18,130 nucleotides of DNA from Candidatus Rokuibacteriota bacterium. Lineage in GTDB: Bacteria; Methylomirabilota; Methylomirabilia; Rokubacteriales; DASRDR01. The notes beneath the pieces are model-generated. The model was not told the DNA's origin and did not search any database. It was given only the letters and a program-made list of their open reading frames with translations. The stretch spans positions 1 to 18,130 of the forward strand of contig JBIOTN010000231.1 of the NCBI GenBank assembly GCA_044866005.1, written 5' to 3'. A program made the translations under genes and the position numbers. Of the stretch, positions 7,432 to 15,860 are shown one piece after another; position 1 is the stretch's first letter; the number at the start of each line of letters is the position of its first letter.

Positions 7432-8088
7432 TCATCGCCGGATGGGATCCACGATCGTGACGACGTGGCGACCGCCAGCGCGGCGCGCGGCAGCGCGCCG
7501 GGTGCCCTCGGCGAAGCCGATGAACGTCCCGGGCTTGAGAGAGTAGAGGTTCCGGACCATCCCGGCCACGTCGCCCGTGATCCGACCATCCCCTCCGTCG
7601 TCGTCCATGAGCCCGCCGTCGGACGTGTGGCCGAGGATCCCGATCGCGTGCCCCGTCTCGTGGGTCACGGTGCGCTGGCACTGGGGCCCCCGGAACACGG
7701 CCTCGACGACCCTGATCGCGGCCGACCGGATCCGCCCGTCGTCGTCGAACTCGACGTCGGTGACGCCGCAGATCCCTCGCTCGCCCGTGAAGCCGAAGGT
7801 GATCCCGCCGCCGCCGTCCACGAAGGCGAAGGTCACCTTGCCGTCGCTCGCCCGGGTCCACTCCGTCACCTCGACCTCCGTGCCGATGCCGTTCAGGGAG
7901 ACGCTGATCGGCAGGTCGGCCCAGCGGACGGTGCGGCCGCCGTTCTGGGAGGCGTTGAGCTGGATGAGGAGCAGCCGCTCCTGGGGATCGGATGGACCAC
8001 CCGGGTTCTTCTTCCCGGGACACCCGGCGAGCGCGAGGGACAGCAGAACCGCCACTACCGCCGGGAGCCGGGGCCGCGTGCCTGTCAC
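7432..8088 (-). CDS. Lipoprotein, matrixin-like (metzincin) zinc metallopeptidase
   Basis: Lipobox LAG-C after a hydrophobic signal; Zn motif HETGHAIGILGH followed by a Met-turn (GLM); strong SD GGAGGTG before GTG. Confidence 0.8.
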   Translation of the reverse strand: MTGTRPRLPAVVAVLLSLALAGCPGKKNPGGPSDPQERLLLIQLNASQNGGRTVRWADLPISVSLNGIGTEVEVTEWTRASDGKVTFAFVDGGGGITFGFTGERGICGVTDVEFDDDGRIRSAAIRVVEAVFRGPQCQRTVTHETGHAIGILGHTSDGGLMDDDGGDGRITGDVAGMVRNLYSLKPGTFIGFAEGTRRAAARRAGGRHVVTIVDPIRR

Positions 8089-8152
8089 CCTCTCACCTCC
8101 CTGGGCGCGTGTCGGAAGACGGCGGCGAGTGCGCCGCGTGCCGGGCGCCCCG

Positions 8153-8545
8153 TCAACCCTGGGCCGCGCGGAGCCGGGCCAGCACGGCCCGCGCGCGCGC
8201 CTCGGACGGCGGCAGGGGCAGCCACTCGCCGTCCCGGCGGCCCCTGGCCTCGACCTCGACGGTGACCCGCGTGATCCGGTCGGCGACGGGCACCACGCGG
8301 AGCGTGACCCGCTCGAGGACCTCGATGAACCCTGACTCGGCCTCGCCCGGCGGGCGGGCGAGCCACCCCGTCACGATGAGGCCGTCGCCGCTCCGCTCCA
8401 CGGGGTACCCCGCGACCGCGCGCAGGGCGGCGTCCCAGACCCGGGCGTACGGGAGATCCGCGACCACCATGTGCATCCGGTCCGGCTCGGCCCCACTCGC
8501 GACCACGCTCAGCCCCATCGCCACGACGACCAGGAGCCGTCTCAT
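8153..8545 (-). CDS. Exported hypothetical protein, possibly BamC/DUF3568-like helix-grip fold
   Basis: ATG 8545 overlaps the glmM stop (ATGA); signal peptide MRRLLVVVAMGLSVVASGA; VWDAALRAV helix, GLIVTGW strand, alternating beta strands and C-terminal helix. The fold call is by eye only. Confidence 0.65.
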   Translation of the reverse strand: MRRLLVVVAMGLSVVASGAEPDRMHMVVADLPYARVWDAALRAVAGYPVERSGDGLIVTGWLARPPGEAESGFIEVLERVTLRVVPVADRITRVTVEVEARGRRDGEWLPLPPSEARARAVLARLRAAQG

Positions 8546-9909
8546 GACGGGCGACCGATCTCCGTGCGGATCGCCTCGGCCAGCTCCCGGGCCGCCGCGT
8601 CCGTGGTCGCCGCGTCGTCGGCCTCCACCATCACCCGGGCCAGTGGCTCGGTCCCCGAATAACGAAGCAGGATCCGCCCGCGGGCCTCGAGCCGCCGCTC
8701 CCAGCGGGTGAGGGCGTCGGCCACGCCCGCCAGGGTTTCGAGGGGCGGCTTGGCCCGGACGGGGACGTTCAGGAGCAGCTGCGGACACTTGCGGACGCGG
8801 GCGGCGAGCTCGGCGAGGGGGCGGCCCGTCTCGCGCAGGATCCGCAGGAGCTGGAGCGCCGAGAGCATGCCGTCGCCGGTCGTCGCGTGATCGAGGAAGA
8901 TGATGTGGCCGGACTGCTCGCCGCCCAGGTTGGCGCCGCGCCGGTACATCTCCTCGAGCACGTACCGGTCGCCGACGGCGGTCCGCACCATCTTCACGCC
9001 GGCCTCCGCGAGCGCGCGTTCCAGCCCCAGGTTCGCCATGACCGTGGAGACGACGACGCCACCGCGGAGAGCTCCGGCCGCGCGCAAGGCCTCGGCATAG
9101 ATGGCGAGCAGGTGGTCGCCGTCCCGGACCTCGCCGCCCTCGTCCACCGTCATCAGCCGGTCGCCGTCGCCGTCGAACGCGAGGCCGATCGCGCCGGGAA
9201 GCGCCCGGACGCGCGCCTGGACGCGCTCGGGGTGGAGCGCGCCGACGCCGTCGTTGATGTTGGTGCCGGTGGGCCGCACGCCGAGCGTCACGACCTCGGC
9301 GCCGAGGCTCCGGAAGAGCCGCGGCGCCACGCGGTACGTGGCGCCGTGAGCGCCGTCGACGACGAGCCGCATCCCGCGGAGCTCGAGGCCCGGTGGGACG
9401 CTCGCCCGGAGCCCGTCGAGATACCGGCGCTCCGCCTGCGGCACGGGCCGGCACCGACCCACCCCGGCCCCGGTCGGCCGCGGCAGGCCGTCCGGCGCCG
9501 CGAGGCGGGCTTCGATCTCGTCCTCCCACTCGTCGGGCAGCTTGCCCCCGTCCGCGGCGAAGAGCTTGATCCCGTTGTCGGCGAACGGGTTGTGCGACGC
9601 CGAGAGGACGACTCCCCCGGTCGCGCCGACCGCGCGGGTGAGCGTGGCGACTCCGGGGGTCGGCAGCACCCCCGCGGCGAGGGCGTCCACGCCGGCCGAC
9701 AGGATGCCGGCGACGAGCGCCTGCTCGAGCATCGGCCCCGACAGCCGCGTGTCCCGGCCCACCAGAAGGGCCGGCCGCCCGCGCCCCGCGGCGCGCCGCT
9801 CGGCCAGGTAGGCCGCGGCGACCCGCCCGAGCCGGAAGGCGAACTCCGGCGTGAGGGGCTCCGCGTTGGCGACGCCCCGGACGCCGTCGGTGCCGAAGAG
9901 TCGGCCCAT
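8542..9909 (-). CDS. glmM: Phosphoglucosamine mutase
   Basis: LFGTDGVRG, SASHNP, DGDGDR, GGEQSGH, RYSGTEP; downstream of cdaA-cdaR. Confidence 0.96.
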   Translation of the reverse strand: MGRLFGTDGVRGVANAEPLTPEFAFRLGRVAAAYLAERRAAGRGRPALLVGRDTRLSGPMLEQALVAGILSAGVDALAAGVLPTPGVATLTRAVGATGGVVLSASHNPFADNGIKLFAADGGKLPDEWEDEIEARLAAPDGLPRPTGAGVGRCRPVPQAERRYLDGLRASVPPGLELRGMRLVVDGAHGATYRVAPRLFRSLGAEVVTLGVRPTGTNINDGVGALHPERVQARVRALPGAIGLAFDGDGDRLMTVDEGGEVRDGDHLLAIYAEALRAAGALRGGVVVSTVMANLGLERALAEAGVKMVRTAVGDRYVLEEMYRRGANLGGEQSGHIIFLDHATTGDGMLSALQLLRILRETGRPLAELAARVRKCPQLLLNVPVRAKPPLETLAGVADALTRWERRLEARGRILLRYSGTEPLARVMVEADDAATTDAAARELAEAIRTEIGRPS

Positions 9910-9937
9910 CGTCAGCCTGGCACCGCGCCCGAGGCCG

Positions 9938-10342
9938 TCATCGCTGGCGGGCGTCGTCCCGGTCCGCCGGCTCGAGCGTCAGCCGAACGCGCGTGGGGGT
10001 GACCCGCACGACCTGGACGCCGCGCGGCGCCTTCACGTTCTCCGGCCGGAGCCGCGCCACGACGTCGCCGGCTTGCGCGCCATGGAGGTCCAGCTCGACC
10101 CGCAGGTCCTGATCCTGGATCCGGCTCAGGATATGCCGCAGGCCCTGGAGGCGGACGTCCACCGTCTCGGTGCCGACGCTCGCGACCTCGAGCCCCGGCG
10201 GCACGCCCGCGAGGTCGAGCGGGACGTTGTACACCACCTCGCCCCGGTCCTGCGAGGCGACGATGATCCAGAGCCCGACGGCGAAGCCGGCCGCGAGGAG
10301 CTTGAGCTGCCAGTTCGCCGTCAGCCAGCCCAGGAGCGGCAT
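9938..10342 (-). CDS. cdaR: CdaR/YbbR-like regulator of diadenylate cyclase (TM anchor plus one YbbR domain)
   Basis: NWQLKLLAAGFAVGLWIIV anchor, VDVRLQG and VELDL motifs; ATG 10342 overlaps the cdaA stop (TGATG); position between cdaA and glmM. Confidence 0.85.
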   Translation of the reverse strand: MPLLGWLTANWQLKLLAAGFAVGLWIIVASQDRGEVVYNVPLDLAGVPPGLEVASVGTETVDVRLQGLRHILSRIQDQDLRVELDLHGAQAGDVVARLRPENVKAPRGVQVVRVTPTRVRLTLEPADRDDARQR

Positions 10343-11187
10343 CAGGCCTTGCCGCGGGCGGTGAGGCGGCGGACCCCGGCCAGCAGGGCCCGCGGCCCGG
10401 CCACGCGCGACTCCGGCGCCCCGAGCAGCTCGGCCAGGCGGCGCCCGAGCTCGCCCGGGTCGAGGCCCATCTCCATCCGACCCTCGACGGCGAGCGAGAT
10501 CTGGCCGGTCTCCTCGGAGACGACCACGACGACCCCGTCCGTCTCTTCGGCGAGCCCGAGCGCGGCGCGGTGGCGGGTGCCGAGGGCGCGCGCGAGCTGG
10601 AGGGTCCGCGAGAGGGGGAGGAAGCCGCCGGCGGCGCTGATGCGGCCGTGCTGGATGAAGACGGCGCCGTCGTGGAGCGGGGAGGCCGGGAGGAAGAGGC
10701 TGCCCAGGAGCTCGGCCGACACCCGGGCGTCGATCGGGACCCCGAGCTCGGCGTAGTTGCGGAGCCCGGCCGTCCGCTCGAGGACGATCAGCGCGCCGAC
10801 CCGCTTCGCCGCGAGCGACTCGGCCGCCCGCGCCACCTCCTCGATGACGTGACGGCGCTCGGGCGAGCCCTCGCCGAAGATGCGCTGGAGCAGTCGGCTG
10901 CGGCCCGCCTGGGCGAGGGCCCGGCGCAGCTCGGGCTGGAAGAGGACGATCAGCGCGAGCACCCAGAAGGCCCAGAAGTTGTCCAGGATGAAGGTGATGC
11001 TGTGGAGCTGGGCCTCGTGGGCCACGAAGCGCGCGATCATGAGGAACGCAAGCCCGGCCAGCATCTGGACCGCGAGCGTCCCCTTGAAGGCGAGGAAGAC
11101 CCGGTAGAGGACGAAGGCGACGACCGCGATGTCGAGCAGGTCCCGCGGCCGGAAGCCCCGGAAGACCTCCCAGAGGCCGGGGGTCAC
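10342..11187 (-). CDS. cdaA: Membrane diadenylate cyclase CdaA/DacA
   Basis: DLLDIAVV, three TM helices, LFQPELRRAL, catalytic HDGA and GTRHRAA motifs, VSEETG. Start set at GTG 11187; the longer ORF-track start lies inside the repeat. Confidence 0.94.
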   Translation of the reverse strand: MTPGLWEVFRGFRPRDLLDIAVVAFVLYRVFLAFKGTLAVQMLAGLAFLMIARFVAHEAQLHSITFILDNFWAFWVLALIVLFQPELRRALAQAGRSRLLQRIFGEGSPERRHVIEEVARAAESLAAKRVGALIVLERTAGLRNYAELGVPIDARVSAELLGSLFLPASPLHDGAVFIQHGRISAAGGFLPLSRTLQLARALGTRHRAALGLAEETDGVVVVVSEETGQISLAVEGRMEMGLDPGELGRRLAELLGAPESRVAGPRALLAGVRRLTARGKA

Positions 11188-11266
11188 GCCGCCGCACCCG
11201 TCAGTCGGAGTGGCGCGACGCCCGCCTCCGAGAAGCCAAGCGGCTGTCGGCCTGACAAAGCGCCTC

Positions 11267-11379
11267 GCCCGAGCCTCACCGCAACCCTCACGGTGTTCCG
11301 CTCCGAGCGCCGCCTCCGCCGGCGCCACCTCATGGGGGAGGTCTCGGAGGGGGCCGTCGAGGCCCCCTCCGAAGGCCTA
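11267..11379 (-). repeat. About 113-bp intergenic repeat (copy C)
   Basis: Aligns to 14955-15068 with 13 substitutions and 1 indel by my manual count (about 88% identity). Perfect 12-bp stem TCGGAGGGGGCC/GGCCCCCTCCGA (11344-11372); abuts the folP TAG. Confidence 0.9.
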
Positions 11380-12246
11380 GGCGTCGGGCGCATCCCGGAT
11401 GGCCTCGGCCACGCGCACCGCTTGCCGCACGGCCGCCACGTCGTGGACCCGGAGGATGTGCACGCCGGCCCGCACGGCCACCGCGCAGGCGGCGAGCGTG
11501 CCCGGGAGACGTTCCGCCGGCGGAATCCCGGCCAGCGTTCCGATGAAGCTCTTGCGCGAGGCGCCGACGAGGATCGGCTTGCCCAGCGGCGCGAAGGCGT
11601 CGAGCCGCTTGAGCAGCGTGAGGTTGTGGTCGACGGTCTTGCCGAACCCGATCCCGGGATCGACGCAGATCGCCTCGGGGGCCAGGCCCGCCGCCTCCGC
11701 GGCGGTCACCGCCAGCTTGAGGTGGGCGCATACCTCCCCGAGCAAGTCGTCGTAGTGCGGGCGGACCTGCATGGTGGCCGGCGTCCCCTGCATGTGAACG
11801 AGACAGAGCGCTGCCTCGTGGCGCGCGCACACGCGGGCCAGCGCCGGGCCCGCCGCCAGCCCGGTCACGTCGTTGACCATGTGGCAGCCGAGAGCGAGCG
11901 CCGCGTCGGCGACGTCCGGCTTCGAGGTATCCACGGAGACCGGGCACGGCGGGTCTTTCAGGAGGCGCTCGAGCACGGGGAGGAGGCGGTCCTGCTCCTC
12001 CCCGGGGGCGACGGGGCGGGCGCCCGGCCGCGTGGACTCGGCGCCCACGTCCAGGAGATCGGCGCCCTCGGCGGCGAGGGCCCGGGCGTGCCGGTGCGCC
12101 GCCTCGGGATCGAAGTACCGCCCGCCGTCGGCGAACGAGTCGGGCGTGACGTTGACGATGCCCATGAGCAGCGTGCGGTGCCGGGACGGGGTCCACGTGA
12201 AGGTGTGACCGCCGCGGACCCGAAGGCTCATCGTTCGTTCGGTCAT
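11377..12246 (-). CDS. folP: Dihydropteroate synthase
   Basis: MGIVNVTPDSFADGG, DVGAESTRPG, SVDTSK, NDV, HMQGTP, DPGIGFGK, GASRKSF, LRVHDV; ATG 12246 with GGAAGG SD. Confidence 0.96.
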   Translation of the reverse strand: MTERTMSLRVRGGHTFTWTPSRHRTLLMGIVNVTPDSFADGGRYFDPEAAHRHARALAAEGADLLDVGAESTRPGARPVAPGEEQDRLLPVLERLLKDPPCPVSVDTSKPDVADAALALGCHMVNDVTGLAAGPALARVCARHEAALCLVHMQGTPATMQVRPHYDDLLGEVCAHLKLAVTAAEAAGLAPEAICVDPGIGFGKTVDHNLTLLKRLDAFAPLGKPILVGASRKSFIGTLAGIPPAERLPGTLAACAVAVRAGVHILRVHDVAAVRQAVRVAEAIRDAPDA

Positions 12247-12364
12247 CGCCAAGCCTTCCCGGAAGGACGCAGGGCCGGGCCCCGGTGAGGGCTGAGCGCC
12301 GACGCCGGCTCGTCGGGTTGCGCAGGCCGGCCGCGCGCGAGAGGGAGACCGGGCCACCAGACCG

Positions 12365-12385
12365 TCGGAGGGAACCGCCCCTCCG
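12365..12385 (-). repeat. Short palindromic core related to the intergenic repeat family (copy D)
   Basis: CGGAGGG (12366-12372) / CCCTCCG (12379-12385), 6 nt after the ftsH TGA. Confidence 0.45.
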
Positions 12386-12391
12386 CGCCTC

Positions 12392-14212
12392 TCAGGCCGG
12401 GACCTCCTCCAGCGCGCCCTGGGGGCTCCCCGCGAGGATACGGGCGATCTCCTCGCCGTCCAGCGACTCGTGCTCGAGCAGGGCCTGGGCGAGCCCGTGG
12501 AGCTTCCCGATGCGCTCTTCCAGCACGCGGCGCGCCCGGCTCGCGCAGTCGAGGACGATCTGCTTGACCTCGGCGTCGATCATGACCGCCGTCTCCTCGC
12601 TGTAATCCTGCTGCCGGGCGAACTCGCGGCCGAGGAAGATGTGCTCCTCGCGCTTGCCGAACGTCAGCGGGCCGAGCTTTTCCGACATGCCCCACTCGCA
12701 GACCATCTTGCGCGCCATCTCGGTCGCCTTCTCCAGGTCGTCGCCGGCGCCCGTCGTTTGCTGATTCAGCACCATCTCCTCGGCGGCCCGGCCCCCGAGG
12801 AGGATCGTGATCCGGTTGAGGAGGTACTCCTTGGAGTAGTTGTACTTGTCGTCGGTGGGGAGCTGCTGGGTCAGGCCGAGCGCCCGTCCGCGCGGGATGA
12901 TGGTGACCTTGTGGACGGGATCGGCGCCGGGCAGCGTCTGGGCGACGAGCGCATGCCCCGCCTCGTGATAGGCGATCGTACGCTTCTCCTCTTCGCTGAT
13001 GATCATGCTCCGGCGCTCGACGCCCATGAGCACCTTGTCCTTGGCGCTCTCGAAGTCGATCATCTCGACGAGCTTCTTCCCCTGCCGCGCGGCGAGAAGG
13101 GCCGCCTCGTTGACGAGGTTGGCGAGGTCCGCGCCGGAGAAGCCTGGCGTCCCGCGCGCCAGCACCTTGAGGTCCACGCCGGGCGCGAGCGGGATCCGCC
13201 GGGCGTGGACCCGGAGGATCTCCTCCCGCCCCTTGACGTCGGGCCGGGCGACCACGACCTGCCGGTCGAAGCGCCCGGGGCGGAGGAGCGCGGGATCGAG
13301 GACGTCGGGGCGGTTCGTCGCGGCGATGAGGATGACGCCCTCGTTGGTCTCGAACCCGTCCATCTCGACGAGGAGCTGGTTCAGCGTCTGCTCGCGCTCG
13401 TCGTGGCCACCGCCGAGCCCCGCGCCGCGGTGACGGCCCACCGCGTCGATCTCGTCCATGAAGATGATGCACGGGGCGTGCTTCTTCCCCTGCTCGAAGA
13501 GGTCGCGCACCCGCGAGGCGCCCACCCCCACGAACATCTCGACGAAGTCGGAGCCCGAGATGGAGAAGAACGGCACGTTGGCCTCGCCCGCGATGGCCTT
13601 GGCCAGGAGTGTCTTCCCCGTGCCGGGAGGCCCGACCAGCAAGACGCCCTTCGGGATCTTCCCGCCGAGCTTCTGGAACCTCTGGGGGTCCTTCAGGAAC
13701 TCGATGATCTCGCGGAGCTCCTCCTTCGCTTCCTCCACGCCGGCGACGTCCGCGAAGGTGACCTTGTTGTGCTTCTCGGAGATGAGGCGCGCCCGGGCCT
13801 TGCCGAAGGAGAGGGCCTTGGCCCCGCCGCCCTGCATCTGGCGCATGAAGAAGATCCAGACGCCGATGAAGAGGAGCATGGGCGCCCAGGAGAAGAGCGC
13901 CGTGAGGTACCACGGGTTCTGGTCCGGCGGCTTGACGGTGATGCGCACGCCCCGGTCGCGCAGGAGCTTCACCAGGTCCGGCGAGTCGACGATGTAGGTC
14001 CGGAACTCCCCCCCGTCCTTGAGGCGCCCCATCACGAAGTTGCCCCGGATGGTCACCGACTCGACGCGCCCGGCCTCGACGTTCTTGAGGAAGTCGGAGT
14101 AGTTCGGCTCGAGGCCGCCCTTCTCCGTCAGGTTGCTGAAGACGTTGAAGAGGAGGACGACGACCAGGCCGATCACCATCCACAGGGCCAGGTTCTTGTA
14201 GAAGGGATTCAT
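12392..14212 (-). CDS. ftsH: ATP-dependent zinc metalloprotease FtsH
   Basis: [11 protein letters not shown] start, two TMs, [40 protein letters not shown]. Confidence 0.98.
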   Translation of the reverse strand: MNPFYKNLALWMVIGLVVVLLFNVFSNLTEKGGLEPNYSDFLKNVEAGRVESVTIRGNFVMGRLKDGGEFRTYIVDSPDLVKLLRDRGVRITVKPPDQNPWYLTALFSWAPMLLFIGVWIFFMRQMQGGGAKALSFGKARARLISEKHNKVTFADVAGVEEAKEELREIIEFLKDPQRFQKLGGKIPKGVLLVGPPGTGKTLLAKAIAGEANVPFFSISGSDFVEMFVGVGASRVRDLFEQGKKHAPCIIFMDEIDAVGRHRGAGLGGGHDEREQTLNQLLVEMDGFETNEGVILIAATNRPDVLDPALLRPGRFDRQVVVARPDVKGREEILRVHARRIPLAPGVDLKVLARGTPGFSGADLANLVNEAALLAARQGKKLVEMIDFESAKDKVLMGVERRSMIISEEEKRTIAYHEAGHALVAQTLPGADPVHKVTIIPRGRALGLTQQLPTDDKYNYSKEYLLNRITILLGGRAAEEMVLNQQTTGAGDDLEKATEMARKMVCEWGMSEKLGPLTFGKREEHIFLGREFARQQDYSEETAVMIDAEVKQIVLDCASRARRVLEERIGKLHGLAQALLEHESLDGEEIARILAGSPQGALEEVPA

Positions 14213-14299
14213 CCGGGGCCGCCACCCTCCTTCCACGGGCCGTCCGCGCCGAGGCAACCGCCTTCCCGGGCACGTCGGTGCGCATGGGAAGGCAGGGTC

Positions 14300-14310
14300 A
14301 TTATAGCACA
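14300..14310 (-). promoter_or_regulatory. Extended -10 promoter for the ftsH operon
   Basis: Minus strand TGTGCTATAAT is a perfect TRTGnTATAAT, in the hpt-ftsH spacer about 90 nt upstream of the ATG; no good -35. Confidence 0.8.
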
Positions 14311-14374
14311 GAGGCTCATTCCGCCCGCTCCCGGCGCGGCTCCCGAGCGTTCCGGCTCGACGCGAGGAGGAGCG

Positions 14375-14935
14375 TCAGGCGGGCGAATAGTCCCCCAGGT
14401 CGAGCGCGGCGAGGTAGGGGAGGTTGCGATAGAGGCCGGCGTGATCGAGACCGTAGCCGACGACGAACTCGTTGGGGATCGTGAACCCCACGTAGTCGAG
14501 GTCGATGGCCACCTCGCGGCGCTCGATCTTGTCGAGCAGCGTGCAGATCCGCAGGCTCTGGGGGTGCCGCGTCTCGAGGTTCCGGTAGAGGTAGCTGATC
14601 GTCCGCCCCGTGTCGATGATGTCCTCGACGACGAGGACGTGGCGGTTCTCGATGGAGACGGGGAGGTCCGCGGTGATCTTCACGACCCCCGACGAGCGGG
14701 AGCCGGCGCCGTAGGACGAGACGCCGATGAACTCGCACTGGAGCAGGATGTCCATCGCGCGCATGAGGTCCGCCAGGAAGATCACGGCGCCGGTGAGGAC
14801 GCCGATCAGGACCGGCCGGCGCTCGGCGTAGTCCCCGCTGATCTGGCGGCCCAGCTCCCGGACCCGGACGGCGAGCTCGTCCGGGTCGATCAGGACCCGC
14901 TTGAGCCCGGGCGGCGGATAGAGCGCGCGGCCCAC
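14375..14935 (-). CDS. hpt: Hypoxanthine phosphoribosyltransferase
   Basis: GVLTGAVIFLADL, SSYG, VLVVEDIIDTGRT, LLDK, FVVGYGLD, YRNLPY; GTG 14935 with SD GAGGGGAG. Confidence 0.95.
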   Translation of the reverse strand: MGRALYPPPGLKRVLIDPDELAVRVRELGRQISGDYAERRPVLIGVLTGAVIFLADLMRAMDILLQCEFIGVSSYGAGSRSSGVVKITADLPVSIENRHVLVVEDIIDTGRTISYLYRNLETRHPQSLRICTLLDKIERREVAIDLDYVGFTIPNEFVVGYGLDHAGLYRNLPYLAALDLGDYSPA

Positions 14936-14954
14936 CCCACAACTCCCCTCTGAT

Positions 14955-15068
14955 GCCCGAGCATCACCGCGACGATCAAGGTGTTCCGCTCCGAGCGCCG
15001 GCTCCGCCGGCGCCGCCTCCCGGGGGAGGTGGCGGAGCGGGCCGTCGAGGCCCCCTCCCGAAAGCCTA
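14955..15068 (-). repeat. About 114-bp intergenic repeat (copy E)
   Basis: Direct-orientation homolog of 11267-11379; abuts the SPOR gene TAG; perfect GCGCCGGC-N3-GCCGGCGC second hairpin. Confidence 0.9.
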
Positions 15069-15860
15069 CCGGGCGCGGCGCGTGACGAACGGATTGAGGT
15101 TTCGCTCGGTCCGGAGCTCCGCCGCCACGCGCTCCGCTTCGGCCCGCGTCGCGTAGCCCCCCACCCGGACGCGGTGGCGCACGCGCCCCTCATCCGTCGA
15201 CACGGAGACGAGGTAGGCCTCCAGGCCTCGCGCCTGGAGGCGCGCCCGTAGCTCGTCCGCGAGCGCGCGGCTCCGGAACGAGCTCACCTGAACGGTCCAG
15301 AGCCGGGCCTCCGGCGCGCTGACCGACTGCGCCGCGGGCGCGGGCGCCGGGACGCCCGGGCGCGGGCTCCGGGCGCCGCGCCCGACCGACCCGATGCCCG
15401 GTGGCTCCGGGGAGGCGCCCGGCGGCGCGGGGCGCTCCCCGGCGGCTCGCTCGCCCGTCGGCTCGCCGGCGGCCGGCGCGGCGGCGGCTCCCCGCCGCGC
15501 GGCGGAGGGCGCCTCGCGGGGAACGATGCGCTCCTCGATGGTCGGTGGCCGCGCGACCGGGAGGTCCGGCGTGGGCGCCGTGAGGGTCTGGTAGAAGGTG
15601 AGCCGCTCCTCCGGCGCCGTCGCCCCGGGGGGGGCGGCCGCGCGTGCCGGGTCGGCGGGCCGGGCCGTCGGGGCGGCGGCGCCCCCACGCCCCGCCCTGG
15701 CGGCGGACGCACCGGGCGACCCGAACTCCCGCCCGACCAGGACGCCGAAGACGAAGGTGAGGGCCCAGATGAGGACGAAGGCGGCCCCGAAGACGACCAG
15801 TTCGCGCGGCCCGAACCGGAACTCGTGTCGGAGATGGGAGGGCCGGCGCCCCGGCAGCAT
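15066..15860 (-). CDS. SPOR-domain cell division protein (FtsN/DedD-like)
   Basis: N-terminal TM, LTFYQTL motif, Pro/Ala-rich linker, C-terminal WTVQVSSF..HRVRVGGY..AE SPOR domain; ATG overlaps the argS stop (TGATG). Confidence 0.88.
   Translation of the reverse strand: MLPGRRPSHLRHEFRFGPRELVVFGAAFVLIWALTFVFGVLVGREFGSPGASAARAGRGGAAAPTARPADPARAAAPPGATAPEERLTFYQTLTAPTPDLPVARPPTIEERIVPREAPSAARRGAAAAPAAGEPTGERAAGERPAPPGASPEPPGIGSVGRGARSPRPGVPAPAPAAQSVSAPEARLWTVQVSSFRSRALADELRARLQARGLEAYLVSVSTDEGRVRHRVRVGGYATRAEAERVAAELRTERNLNPFVTRRAR

Noticed and set aside
8128..8156. Internal promoter for the metallopeptidase (TTGACG-17-CGCACT, minus strand)
   Set aside because: The -35 is partly the upstream stop codon, and the -10 lacks the critical TA.
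11188..11376. c-di-AMP (ydaO) riboswitch upstream of cdaA
   Set aside because: Only a short CCGACAGC resemblance; the GCTGAA, GGAACC, GGGGTGAAT and GCTAAC elements are absent, and most of the region is the repeat.
12470..14953. 827-aa plus-strand ORF, and other long antisense or alternate-frame ORFs (745..2301, 5302..7077, 10570..12288, 12243..14285, 15995..17590)
   Set aside because: They shadow well-identified genes and have no motifs; long stop-free frames are expected at this GC content and codon bias.
11267..15068. Copies C and E as ends of a mobile element or CRISPR repeats flanking hpt-ftsH-folP
   Set aside because: The enclosed genes are core housekeeping genes in conserved order, there is no transposase, integrase or cas gene and no repeat-spacer periodicity, and related copies occur elsewhere in the window.
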